Assembly (NCBI GenBank): GCA_965113315.1
Contig: OZ220365.1
DNA from: Podarcis vaucheri
Taxonomy: Eukaryota
Length of the DNA stretch: 64,000 nucleotides
Strand: one strand, 5' to 3'
In this document: positions 50,282-62,952 of the stretch, one piece after another
Position numbering within the stretch: the stretch's first letter is position 1
Layout: each line of letters opens with the position of its first letter
Notes under the pieces: model-generated
Databases searched by the model: none
What the model saw: the letters and a program-made list of their open reading frames with translations, nothing else
What the model was told of the DNA's origin: nothing
Made by a program: the position numbers and the translations under genes

Positions 50282-52209
50282 CATAATCTCAATGTGTGTA
50301 AATCAATAATTTAGAGTCACTTCATATTTTACAATCAACTTGGCTAGAGATAATCTCCTATGTAGGAAAAACACAAGTTTACCTTAATGGGACTACTTTT
50401 GTGTTAGGAGTACATGTTACATGCTATGACCCTACCAAAAGAAAAGTGAGACCCAATGGATCCACTGGACAGTCAAGAAGCAATTACTATAAACTACAGA
50501 GGACACACCAGAGACATTTCACAGTTTAGACAGAAGCAAACCTGGGTTAGTCAATGAACATACACTAAAAAAAAAAAATATATCTACTGCCAATCACTAT
50601 TTCCTGATGAGTGTCCCTATACAATACCTGTCTCTGTTGCATTGACATTTCACATTTTTAGAGCAGTTATTTCCATAAATAAAAAGCACACCTTACAAAT
50701 GTAATGCATGAAAGGGCCACTGAGTCATTTACGAGTAGGGGTGAGAAACTGTAATCCCAACTGCAATCCCAAACACACTCATTAGGGTGCAAACACCTTC
50801 CAGTACAGTGGGAGTTACTTCAGTACAAAAGTGTGTAGGACTGAACTTTTAGGCGAGCTTTAGAAAGGAACATTGTATACTGTTTTCAAAGACCTTCCAA
50901 CTTAGAAATGTTAAAAAGGTGGTGTACTGCATGATTTTTATTGACAACGTAGCATAACAAAAGCTATTCATAATCATCAAGCAAAGTATAGAAAAACATT
51001 TGTAAAGGTTGTTTTGGAGCCTATACTTTTTAGGAATTCAGACATATGATATAAAGTTTATTTTATGCTACACTGGGTAGACTATGATCACAATGTATAA
51101 AAGAATATGTATAAATATAAGCCTTTCCAAAAGGACCATAAGAAGCAACTGTACAAAACAAAAGAAAACGATTTGGAGAGAAGTATTTTTCTATTTTAAA
51201 ATCAAAGCTATTCCATGATAGCTTTTATTCTGGCTGCAAAAGAATGCAAAGAAACATTGTAAATCCCAAAGCCAAGCATGATTTAAGTTAAACAATGTAT
51301 CACTGAATGACAAATGTAACAATACAGTTATGACTCATTTAAAAATAGCTTTAATGAAACTAATGTTTGGAGAAGTTAAAAACATTATGATAGTATAAAT
51401 CAATCTACAGGGAGTGACAGATTGCTTGCAAACTTCAAAGAAGTTGCTTAAAAAACAGATGTTCATTATTTTTGAAACTAACTGTGTAACTTTAGGGTGG
51501 CCAAAGTCCAGTTGTCAGGCCAAATACAACCCATGGAGTTCAGCAAAGCAAACAAATCCGTTTCTGTTGTCGGTGGCCTTTGTTCCTTCTTTGTGGGAGA
51601 CTGATCTGGGATGCGAGTCCAAATTTAGTTGTAACATGACAGTACCAAAGTCAACAGTCCTACACTGGAGATTAAATCTGCCCAATTGTGTTCAAAAAGG
51701 ATGCAACCTGTGTGGTGCAAGAGCAGTTTGGAAGTCAGGACTATGTATGTCGCAACTCTACTTAAGTAAAGAAGAAACAGATAATATGGTTTTGGGTGAG
51801 AAAACTAGCTTCCTCCGATTCTCAGAGTTTTTATCTTTTTATGTTTCCAGTTGTATTAGGATTCCAAAGGTACAGTTAAACTGAGTTTATCGCAAAACTA
51901 TGCTTAAACCATGTGTGTGGGCAATGTAGAATTTGAATTACCTTGTTATACACGTTACAGGAGGTGTTAACAGTCCTGGTCATTTCTTATTGTGACAGCT
52001 GCTACTGGCAAGCTTTCGGGGCTCACAAAATTGTCTCAGACAGTGTTTGCAGTTTTCTGCCCATTCTGCCTTTCTATCTATCCATCACACATCTGAGGCG
52101 TGTATAGGGAAAAAGGAAAGCAATCCATGCAGGAGGCATGATTTCTCCCATCAAACCTTAATAGAAACCCACAATAAATGGCAGCTCTTCTCCAAAAACA
52201 GATTCTTAC

Positions 52210-52386
52210 CTTCTCTCATATATGACATAGCTTTTGATTTAAGTCTGGGCTTCAGGTCTCCTGCTTTGGCCAGATAGTCCAGAACATAAATATTGGGTGC
52301 AAAATTGATCATATTCTGTTCCCCACAGCCGTAAGGCATCTTGATCAGTGACTCCAAACCGCTGATAGAGGGGCCAAGGATGTCTC
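52210..52386 (-). CDS. CD109: CD109 thioester exon (~23): [39 protein letters not shown]...MREG
   Basis: 177 nt, phase 1-1; GCGEQ encoded at 52316-52330. Confidence 0.97.
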
Positions 52387-53472
52387 CTGAAATATACAGT
52401 TCACAAGACAACGTAATGGAAATGCCAGTAGAGAAATGTGGAAGGTTGAGTTAATCACTTCACGAGTTTTCTTTTATGCTCAAGAAAAAACATTGGATCA
52501 CTTGTAAAGGATACCCTAATATACTCATGCACTTCAATGAAGCAGACACACAATAACTGAAATTATCATACATATGCAGTACTCTATATCACTTCTGCTA
52601 ATAATGAGTCTAGGGAATGGGCCAAGAGTATTTGAGGCTGCAGCATTGCTGAAATTCACCAAGTGCAGACCTGATTAACCTCCTGGATATGAGACCACTA
52701 GGAGCTCAACATAAAACAAAATATAATACATCAATGTCTTCTAAAAATTTGATGGTAATTACATATAAAACTGAAGACCGACCAACAACAACAAAACCCA
52801 AAAATGTCTAGCAGGTATACAATACTCTACAGAGCTATGCTAGTATGTTAGCAGTGTTTGAAACTTCCATTGTTCTAGTCACATTTTGCAACAAGGAATT
52901 TCATTAGCCCAAGCAGTTTCTGAGCTGTAGTGTGGAAGGAAAGGAGGACCTTTTTCTGCCTCCCCACTTCCAGCTATTCTCTGAAGACTGGACAAGAGAC
53001 CCTGTTAAGAATATTAGGGTGATGGGCAAGGGAAGGATTAGACCATGTGAAAAATGAACATAATATTTTAGCTGCAGTTCATTCATTTTCAGCTTTGTAT
53101 TATTGTTATAAAAAAGCGTGCCTAGACATTCCATTGTTGCGCCCATAATCTAGGTTTAAGGTGCCATTTAGCTCCTAGCTTTCATATCTCTGTTTCCAAC
53201 ACTGTATGTTAGCAATGAAAAAGGAGGCTGAAATTAATGAGTTATATGAGAAATAGCCTGCACATTGGAACACTTCCACCTATTCTCACAGGCAAGGGAT
53301 AATTTATCTATTCAAAACCAGTCATGATACCAAACCAGTAACAAAATAACTTGCATGCTGAATAATTCAGCAATCAATTAGAGCACTCTTACTGATATTT
53401 CAGTTTCATATTTACTTTTTATTTGCCAGCAGGCATCAAAATGAAACAATGTAAGAGGAGTGAAATGCTTAC

Positions 53473-53614
53473 CAATAACTGTGACTTGCACTCTTTCGCT
53501 GCCAGGTACTACATCAGAGGGAAAAGTGAAGTTCAGTCTTTTTGTTTCAAATCCTATTCTTTTGGACAGGTCCAAAAGAACTGTCTCTGAGTGAGACTGT
53601 TCTAATCCCTCAGC
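53473..53614 (-). CDS. CD109: CD109 exon (~22): AEGLEQSHSETVLLDLS...VVPGSERVQVTVIG
   Basis: 142 nt, phase 0-1; VVPGSER motif; canonical splice sites. Confidence 0.94.
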
Positions 53615-53717
53615 CTGTGAAAAAATAAACAAAGACTAGATGCATGTCCAAAAGTTATTAGGTATGGTAATTCTTTGTGCACTTCTCCCAATATCAGGGA
53701 CCTCTACGGATCTCAGA

Positions 53718-53805
53718 GTGCAATCCTGTATCTGCTTAGCTGGGATTAAGCACCAATGAACTCAATAGAAATAATGTCTGAGTAGACATTTGTATAGGAT
53801 TGCAT
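53718..53805. repeat. Representative of an abundant ~90-bp palindromic repeat family (TGCAATCCTA..TGAACTCAATG..TAGGATTGCA)
   Basis: Inverted ends visible; diverged copies at about 1224, 15325, 22466, 24200, 28155, 31979, 34177, 50785, 55580, 59089. Confidence 0.7.
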
Positions 53806-54930
53806 TGGCAGTGCTTATATTGGGAAATGAAGCAAAAATGCAACAATGCATATCCCCATGGATTTTTGCTTCACAAGAGTTGATGTGCTGTATTAATCTT
53901 GAGTAACAAGTTATCAAAATTGCATCTTACGACAATATAGAAACTCTTTTCAAGACTAATAAATTTCTGCCATGAAGTTTTCTGCAACAGAGTTGGGTCT
54001 TCTTAATAATTAATAGAAGGTTTTCAAGGAGCACAATTTAAGCCTATTTTTGTGCAGAAAACAACCATAAAGCTTCTTCACATTTTTATTTCAACAATTT
54101 GCAATTACATACTGCTTAACACTGTAGTTTGTAAGTGGTGCACAACTTCCATGTTAGTCTTGGTTCATGTGGAACCCAAACATACCTTAAGGGCCAGTTC
54201 AGATATAAACATGCCTGACTTCATAAACAATGATCTACTAAATTAATGTGCCACGTACTTTACAAAATAGTTCTGTTATGTGTATTACACCTTTATGTGC
54301 AGAAATAAGTGCTTTAAGTCTCAAGGTCTGGAAGTGAACAACCGACCTGAAGCTGTGGTGTGACTGGCCTGGTTCAGACATAATGCTAAACCGTGCTGAG
54401 AAGGGAACTTAATACTGGAAAAATGAGGAACAGAGAGAATCTAAAATTGACAGATTATTTGATCTCAAGCTATGCCCAGATACAAACACTATCACCAGTT
54501 TTAGATATATCAATACCAAGCAGTGTTCCATTAATGTAATTTCCTCAGAAACCAAGGAGACTTATTTCACAGCAAATGTGTTATGGCTGAGATATTAATT
54601 ATGTAACCTTCAACATGAGATTTGTTAGAATCATTATTTTCCTGTAGTAATAAGTTTATCCTTCTCAATATTGCTAATCCTTTCATCAGATTCTGTCTTC
54701 CCACTTCAGTTTTGTCCTGTCCGCATAGAGACCATGTTTCTTCCATGTTTTATGCAGAACCTAGACACAGGTCCAGAGTTAAGCACAAATTGGGTTCTTA
54801 CAACACTCAGATCATCACTCCCTTTAGAAACTTCCCATAAATACTTAAAACTAATTATCAATTGTGTGAAACTTTTAAAAGTGGGTCATCCATCCCACAA
54901 ACAGCTTGTGTAAATAATGATTTAAATTAC

Positions 54931-55149
54931 CTTCACTAATACTTTCTGTAAAAGAGCATCAGAAGCAATGGGAGATATGGCCGTCACTCTGATGGGAATC
55001 TCTCCAATTTGCTTTGGCTTGATCGGAAAAATAACAGTCTTTGCAGCTTCACTTGGTACCCATACTGATCGCTGGTTTCCCATGGCATTTATATCATTAG
55101 AAACAATAAGGATTTCAAAGGTGTCACTTGTATCAAGGGTCACCGTAAC
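54931..55149 (-). CDS. CD109: CD109 exon (~21): VTVTLDTSDTFEIL...ASDALLQKVLVK
   Basis: 219 nt, phase 0-0; overlaps track ORF 54922..55143; AAG|GTAAT donor. Confidence 0.94.
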
Positions 55150-56089
55150 CTATAAAAAAGTGGCTAATTAACATACATTTTGTGCTACTAGCAAAGACAT
55201 TTAATGTGACATTTACCAGGAGACACAGAAAGGATTTCACATAGATGTGACTACTACCAATTATAACGTGGGTGGGCCCACCAGGATACATCAACCTTAG
55301 AGTACCCAGGAACACTCAAGAAAACACAAACAAGAAAGAAGGGGGTGGGCAACTGGGAACTAGGAGAATTGAAAGTGAGACAAATATGACACCAGGAGAT
55401 AGGACAGAGAAAAGAAGAAAGTGCAGAGTAAATGTCAAAAGCAAAATAACATGTGAAACTTGTGCAAATTTTCTGCTAAGGCAAAGCCACACTTAGCTAT
55501 AACGTTCTGTATTGTACCAAAAACAGTCCATTTGGCATCAAAATTCAATCAGTGCTTTTGTCCAAACCCATCCATACAGTATGATTCTATGCATGTTTAC
55601 TCAGCTGCAATTCTTACTGTGTTCAAGGTAGCTTACTCCTTAGAACATCTGTGTAGGATCACAGCCTAAGCCAAAACAAAAAAACTGACAAAATCCGATT
55701 GCAAAATGACTCCCCACCCCACCCCCTAGGGTCAGTAACCGATAGACTTAAAACAGTTTATCTCTGAATCCATGTTCCAGCAAGACCATGAACTACCCCA
55801 GCAAAGGTTAACTAAGAGCTGGCAACAGCAAAGATAAGGCAACTACAAGACATCATGGGCAAAATCCAAAATTGTGTGCATGGACTTCCTCTCACACAAC
55901 AGGACTTCCTCTTGCTCTCAACTTACACTCCCTACACACACCCAAATTTGCTCCAGAGGGTTGGGTGCGTGCAGGCAAGGGTGCAGAGAACAAATGTGAA
56001 TTGTTGTGTGAGAAATCCATTCTGCTCACGTACAGACACCATTGGATTCCACCTAATATTAGAAAATGAACAAATGAATGAATGTTTAC

Positions 56090-56203
56090 CTCAGTGCCTT
56101 CTTTCAAATAATTAAAGAGGTTTACTTCCAAAACAATCTCTTCTCCTCTTGTAACACTAGGAGGAAGGTTTAAGGAAACAAAAAAGGGCTGGAAGACTTC
56201 TAA
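56090..56203 (-). CDS. CD109: CD109 exon (~20): LEVFQPFFVSLNLPPSVTRGEEIVLEVNLFNYLKEGTE
   Basis: 114 nt, phase 0-0; FQPFF..LNLP.SV.RGE motif; TTTTCAG acceptor, GAG|GTAAAC donor. Confidence 0.94.
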
Positions 56204-57844
56204 CTGAAAAATATAAAAAGTAATACAACAGTGAACCCTTGTGGTGTATAGGTTAGTTGTTCAGCAGAATACAATTTAAATGCAAATGGTTTTTGATTAG
56301 AACTTTTCACAACAGACCTTGATCATTGGCCAGTTAGAATTTAATTGACTAAAAACAAACATCAGTATGCTAAGAAATGGGGGGTGCAACTTTCACATAG
56401 CACATTTTGTAGGTCGTGCAGTTCTTGAAGTACCTCAGCCGGCATGCTAGAAGCTGACGTATAGCTGCACAGATTGAATATGGGGCTCCAAAACACAGCT
56501 GCCCCATCTCTCAACTCGCACACATACAAAGATGTGTCTCTTTCACAACTGTGGCACTCTTATATGTCCAGGACAGCATTTAGCCCCTGAACCTTGCATA
56601 GCTACAGTATGAGATAGTTCTTGGGGCATGTTTCCTACACTTAAAAAGGAATTTACTGTTGCCTGTATTAGAATAACTTTAGACACTGATTCAAGAGCAA
56701 AATCTAATTTACTGAGCATATTCTGATTAAAGTAAGTTAAAGACTGTAGCTGTTGTGATACAAATAGGGTTACCAACCAGATATTATTTGATTGGCCTGA
56801 CCAGAAGAGCTATGTTATATCAGGCAATAAGTATTAGTATCCAAAAGGCAATGAGCTCCAAATCCTGCCAAAGTCCACCCCATCCATATTATTCTAGGCT
56901 CCAAAGCTGATATACTAGTTTCTGCCCAACTTCACTCCATCTCTACCCCCATATCACTAATATTTTGAAAATAAAAGTTGGCCACCCTGTAATCCACTGG
57001 GGCTCTTTGCACATGTGTAAGGGATAGCATGAATAAATAATGGCTTTCCCCCATATTTTCAGACAGCAGTCCCACCAGTCAATATATTAAAAAATAGACT
57101 GTGATATGGTCAGCAGAGTGAGGCAGAGGGTGGGTGAAACTGATGCTCAGAAAAAGAAGAAAAATTCACTGTACACAAAGTTCTCAATTCACACTTGTGA
57201 ATTATGTTGTGCTTGCAAGGAGCACCCACTAGGAACTTATATCCATCATAGATTTTTAATTATTACCAGATAAGGCTCATTCCTAAGCCCTGTAAGCTTA
57301 TTAACACTGTATCTATAAAGCCTGTGCTCAGTTATATGTTTTTGTAAAAATATTATTTGCATGTGTCAATGTATAACATGTTTTCACCATATGGAACTTT
57401 AAATAGAAACCGAGCAATCCAACAATGTACAGGAGGGAAATTAAGTCATTGTGAGAAGTGAAGTGGAATCTTGGCTATGGCTTCATTAAAGACTACTCAG
57501 CTGTTGGCACGTTCAGCCAAGCGTGCACTTTCATAGTCAGAAATCACCAGGATTGATCAGTCTCTGCCAAACTACATTCAGGGGGGAAAGGAATATTGAC
57601 CTTAATCTCAAGTGAGCTTGAAATAAAAGTTAATATCCAGATCCAAATCCATGAATGAGGTATTCTCATAATCAAATGTTTTGTTTTCATATATAACTGC
57701 CAGATGGAAAGCCTAGACCCCAAACCTCAACCACTCTTCTTATTTGATTATAGTATCAGATTTGATACTGAATATTATTCAAGAGCTTCGCTAATAAGTA
57801 TATTTTAATGTAATTTATTTTAGAAGAAAAAATAAACTTATATA

Positions 57845-58073
57845 CAGTGGTACCTTGGTTTTCAAACGTCTCTGTTGATGAACGTTTTGGAACTCGAACA
57901 CTGTAAGCTCGAACGTGCCTCTGAAATTGAACCGGAAACATGGCTTCCGTATTGAGTTTTCCATATTGAGATTTCTGTTTTGAGGCTTCCGTTTTGAGTT
58001 TTCAGTTTTCGAATGTTTCGGAACTCGAATGGTCTTCCGGAACGGATTACATTCAAAAACCGAGGTGCCACTG
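57845..58073. mobile_element. Tc1/mariner MITE, 229 bp, related family with a different interior
   Basis: CAGTGGTACCTTGGTTTT...AAAACCGAGGTGCCACTG flanked by TA. Confidence 0.85.
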
Positions 58074-59877
58074 TACTACCTTATCCTAAAACAGGACAAG
58101 GGAACCTTTGGTCCTCCAGATGTCGATGAGACTACACCTCCCATCCTTCCTGACCACTGGCCATGCTGTCTGGGGCTGAGAGGGATTAGAGTCCAACAAC
58201 AGCTGGAAAATTGACAGAACTTGTTGGCAGATATGGCATTGGGTTGGATCCTTAGTCTTGGTGGGAGGCAGGGCTTGGGAGTCAGTCCCCTTCTATAAAA
58301 AAAATAGGGTACCCCGTTAAAGGGATCCAAGAGGGGCTGCTTCTGTCCAGATGCCGAGATGGCAGTCCTGGTATGACTGCCTGCAACTGATGTATATCAT
58401 AGGACAACCCTTAACCCAGGGCCAACCCAACCATTATTCTACCTGCAGTCAGGCTGGCTGATTCAGGGCACATACCCACTTATTACACCAAAGGCTACAT
58501 ACATCTGTAATCAATGAAGTTGTGGTCTGTTTGAACCCAATACTTTGTCCTGTCTCTTTATTTGTCATCATTCTCTGGGCCCTGGCCAGGCACAGGCTCC
58601 CTGCACCTGGGCATGCAATACATTTGTGGGCTCACCAATGACTCTCTCCCAAACCAGCACTTGCCAAGTCAGAAGCATGATCACCACTTCTGCACAGAGA
58701 AGATCCTCAAAAAGATAACAGTAGGCCTGGGATGCCTCTGCAATGCTTTCTCACTGAGTCTATATTTTTTTTTGGGGGGGGGGTGTCATCAAGCTGGTAG
58801 GAAGGCCAAGAGCAACACTAGCAAGACAAAATGGCAGCATTGGTCTCTGACTTCCCTCCAAGTTGGCTGGCATACCCCTTATCATTGAAGCTTCCTAGAT
58901 TTCCCCTAATTTTGCACTAGTGTGCCTGGTGGATTCTTTTGCCAGGGACCTGAAACCTCACCAGCTCTTTTAGAGGGGGTGGCAGTAGTAATGTGAGGGT
59001 TTGCAAAAGGTTCAGCCTGTAGCCTGATTAAGGAAGATCAATACACCCAGGTTGAAGAAACTGGCCATTTCTGTTCATTCATCTTTATGGTGCAATCCTA
59101 CAAAGCCTTACACAAAAGCAAGTTCAACAGGACTTTTTCTCAGAGTAGATATAGGAGCACAGTCCTAATAATGCTTCCCAACTCCTTATCTAGTAAATAC
59201 AATAAGCAGAACTGCTTTTGGGCCAAACTAAATGCCAATGTTTGAGTGACAATCCACTGCTTCTGCTGCCCTGAGAGCACAAGCCAACAGCTGTCTTCTG
59301 TCACTATTACGGAGTTAGGGTTCTGAGATATCCCATATTACTTAGGGAATAGGACACATCACTAAAGTAGCAAAAGGTGGTATTTATTTTGAAATCTGTT
59401 TTTATAGTGATGCTTTCAACTCATCCTACCCCTATTATTATTTTTCTTAGATTAGAGTGCCCTCTAGTGCCTAATTATTTCCTGCAGACTTTTCCTTCAC
59501 CGGATCTTTCCTGTTTCCTAAGAAAGCTTATCTTGGGAGACAAGGATAGGCTACAAACCCAACTTGCCACTGGGCTTATTCTCTCTAGAACACTAAGGCT
59601 CTTCTAGCCCTTTTCCTGGTGCTAATTCTCTTCTCTTGCTCTGTTCTCCTCCACAGCTTTCCTCATCCCTGTGGTTTAAATGGCAGCTGAGGCAATGTTA
59701 AGGTTTAAGGCACCAAATATCTGAAAAAGATGCCCTTCGCCTTTGGAATGGCCTCAGTTTCTGAGCTGCATCTTCTCACCACCACATGGACATAGTATTG
59801 TTGGCAGATGAAATCACACCTCTATGCTCAGGGTTCTACAGAGGGGTGAGGTGCATTTGCACTTGAATTTCTGTTAC

Positions 59878-59992
59878 CTCAATAGGCGTTTTCATCACAC
59901 CCAGTCCAAGGTTTTCAGATATTATAAACGCGCTAGCTACCCAGGTACTAATGGTATCAGGAACAGTGACATTCAGTGTTGTTTCAGTCGAT
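59878..59992 (-). CDS. CD109: CD109 exon (~19): STETTLNVTVPDTISTWVASAFIISENLGLGVMKTPIE
   Basis: 115 nt, phase 2-0; VPDTISTW A2M-family motif; canonical splice sites. Confidence 0.93.
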
Positions 59993-60740
59993 CTAAAAAT
60001 GAAAAGAAAACAGAAATATAATTTCAGAAGGATAAACATCAACAATGGTCAGTAAATCTAGGCTGATTTTCCTGGTGGAGTAATGAATGATTTGCTAAAT
60101 CAAGTTAATGGTTTGAGGAAAGATTTGCAAAGGTACAAATGAAGGCTATGCATTCAGTTTCTACATAAGGGCTATGGTTCTATTCATATTTTATGAGATA
60201 AGGGTGCTTGCCACATACATATTGGTGTTTTGGAGTGGAAGACACTTTGAAGCGGTAAGCAAAAATATATGTTTATAAGCATGGAGCAGAAAGGACACGT
60301 GCTAAAGGATCCAAGATTGGCAGCATACCCCTGACATATGCCCACTACTTGCTACAAATATGCACTTCTGCTTTACACTGTGCTTGATGTTTTAATTTGT
60401 TGGAAGCTGCCCAAAGTGGCTGGGGAAACCCAGTCAGATGGGTGGCATATAAATAAATGCTTGTTGCTGTTCAACTTTATGGTGTTTGTCACTCAAGTAT
60501 GAACCAGCTTCTAAGAGTATTTTGCCCTTTTCCTTATTTGTAACTCTAGAAAACATTGTTTATAACATTCTTCAAGAATGGGCTGTCCTGCATATTGGTG
60601 CTCGGCAAAGACGCCCATTTGATGGGAAACTCTTCAACAGAAGTATTAAAAGCTACAGAGAAGTTCCTTCTGCTGGTAATACATTACATTAATTGTTCTC
60701 TAATAAGAATGGATATGTAAAGAAAACCCTTTCTGTTTAC

Positions 60741-60870
60741 CTTGTTGTGATTTCACGCCAAATCCATGTCTCTGGAAAATTTGTCCTTATATGGGGATTT
60801 TCAAAACCAACAGACTCTCTTGGGGGCTCCAGATGATGCTGAAAGTCTAAAGCTGAGCTATAATCCATAA
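60741..60870 (-). CDS. CD109: CD109 exon (~18, bait-region equivalent): FMDYSSALDFQHHLEPPRESVGFENPHIRTNFPETWIWREITTR
   Basis: 130 nt, phase 1-2; contains the family-conserved FPETWIW; AG|GTAAA donor. Confidence 0.92.
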
Positions 60871-60968
60871 CTGGGGGGGGGGGGGGAGAGAGAATACTGT
60901 AACATTCTCTTCATATAATTTCACTGTTTAAAATCTACACTGCATCCTAAATTGTGTCACTTTTTTTC

Positions 60969-60987
60969 AACACACACACACACACAC
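60969..60987. repeat. (AC)n microsatellite
   Basis: Perfect dinucleotide run. Confidence 0.9.
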
Positions 60988-61099
60988 GTGTTTATTTGCT
61001 TAATTGAAATAAACAAAAGAAAGGAACACTTGCTTTATGTTCTACATACATTGCATGAGCCAAAAACAAAGAATTATACTTGATGTTACTTTTACTTAC

Positions 61100-61160
61100 A
61101 GCCTTCATAGTTTTCATCTTCTGGAAGGCTGGCGTCAGTCAATACCCAGAGTTTGCAATT
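61100..61160 (-). CDS. CD109: CD109 exon (~17): NCKLWVLTDASLPEDENYEG
   Basis: 61 nt, phase 0-1, TTAG acceptor, GTAAGT donor; LWVLTDA motif. Confidence 0.9.
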
Positions 61161-61503
61161 CTAAACACAATATATAAAAATAACTTTAAATTTAAAAAAT
61201 ATGCAACATGTGAACCATTTTTATCAACCTATATTTTATTTCTTTTTACTAACATACATTTTTACTTTACATATTTTAAAGCATGCATAAATAAACAGCA
61301 TTTTTAGTTTAGAAAATAAAAGCTAGCTTTGTGTGGAAGAAAGTCAGTATCTACAGAGGACTGAGTTTTCTTCTCTTCAATTGCATCTGAAAACACAAGC
61401 ATACAAATGAATGGAATTGCCTACTGAGTAACCCTTACCAAACTTTTATTTTCTTTAATACATCAAAACAATGGAAAAGTACATATGCATTTTAAAACTG
61501 TAC

Positions 61504-61578
61504 CTGAAAGACACCATATGAGCTTCTGGCTGCACCATAATCAAGTCCTCTATTATATAAACTTAGCTCATGATGAAT
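61504..61578 (-). CDS. CD109: CD109 exon (~16): IHHELSLYNRGLDYGAARSSYGVFQ
   Basis: 75 nt, phase 0-0, TAG acceptor, CAG|GTAC donor; HEL.LYN and VFQ match CD109. Confidence 0.88.
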
Positions 61579-62182
61579 CTAAAATAATAGTAATAGTACT
61601 TAGTTTTCATAGGAGAAACCAAAATAAATTCAATTAATCATGATCACATAGATCTTGTTTTAACAAAGAATATTCTCTTAGCAAGAGTCTTATCTGTAAG
61701 AATAACAAAAATTGTAAGACACAACAATAATAAAAGTCAACAAAAACAGTTATCTGCCACTTAGCTGTTATGATACTTTAAAATTGAGTATGTACAGAAT
61801 TGTTAACAAAATCCTTGCAAAAATACAATGGGAATCAATAAAAATGTTTTCTCACTTCCCCTGTATCTCTACCACTTACCACAGGTTTGTCAATAGTTTC
61901 TCACTTTTTCTACACCATGCATAATTTTATACATCTCTATCATATCCCACTTTATTCACTATATTTCCAAACTAAAAAGCTTAAAATGTTGCAACCTTTC
62001 TTCATGGGGAAGTTGCTCTAGACCCTTGATCATTTCAGGTGCCCTTTCCAGCACCTTTCCCACTTTTTGAGGTGCAGGAACCAGAACGGTACAAACTTTT
62101 ATTCTCTAATGCTTTTTGCCATCCCATACTATAAAAAGGCCACTCCTGGAACTTCCGACAGCTTCAGGAAGGTTGGGAAGCA

Positions 62183-62441
62183 CGGTATTTTTTGCTCTAC
62201 AAGACGCACCAGACCACAAGACGTTCCTAGTTTTTGGAGGAGGTAAACAAGGAAAAAAATATTCTGAATCTCAGAAGCCAGAACAGCAAGAGGGATCGCT
62301 GTGCAGTGAAAGCAGCAATCCCTCTTGCTGTTCTGGCTTCTAGGATAGCTGCACAGCCTGCATTCACTCCATAAGACGCACACACATTTCCCCTTACTTT
62401 TTAGGAGGGAAAAAGTGAGTCTTATAGAGCAAAAAATACGG
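62183..62441. mobile_element. Tc1/mariner (pogo-like) MITE with an internal palindrome
   Basis: TIR-like ends CGGTATTTTTTGCTCTACAAGAC / GTCTTATAGAGCAAAAAATACGG followed by TA. Confidence 0.8.
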
Positions 62442-62799
62442 TAACACTCTTGTAATAATATGTTACTTATATGCTCAGCTTCCCTGAAAACCTCCCCTAC
62501 ATACTAAAGGATAAAGTTGGCAAGTTTGCAAGAACTGTAGATAGGGGTCAGGAGGAAGAAGGAAGCACCAGCATTGTTGTGTGTCTCTCATTCTACTTCC
62601 CACAAAAGGATTATATAATTCTCCCCAATTCATGCTCTCAAGCTGTGAAAACAGATTCTTCCCATTCTTTGCTTCTTAGGCCCACTTCATGGAGGCTTAC
62701 TTTAACAGTATAATGACAAAGTTCACAATCAAATCTAATAGCTGCTCCTACACAGTTCTAAAATACACTTCAAACATTTCTTTTCTTTCAGAAACTTAC

Positions 62800-62952
62800 A
62801 GCATCCTCTGTGATATCACTTCTTTTCCCCAGGAGCTTTGTGCTTTTGTCAACAACCAGAAGACCAATGGTTGCTTTTGGTTCCGTCACATTAATCTTGA
62901 GAGTGACTTCCTCAGAAGGCCCAGCTCTATTTTTATTCCAATACATATTGAT
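62800..62952 (-). CDS. CD109: CD109 exon (~15): INMYWNKNRAGPSEEVTLKINVTEPKATIGLLVVDKSTKLLGKRSDITEDA
   Basis: 153 nt, phase 0-0, CCCCCAG acceptor, GTAAGT donor; A2M-family VDKS motif. Confidence 0.92.

Noticed and set aside
51414-51884. 156-aa plus-strand ORF (and similar 115-139 aa ORFs at 32-34 kb)
   Set aside because: Mostly non-ATG starts and random-looking composition; this length is expected by chance in 64 kb.
57600-57720. Possible extra CD109 exon
   Set aside because: No open frame resembling CD109; the expected FQPFF exon is at 56090-56203 and all exon phases already join.
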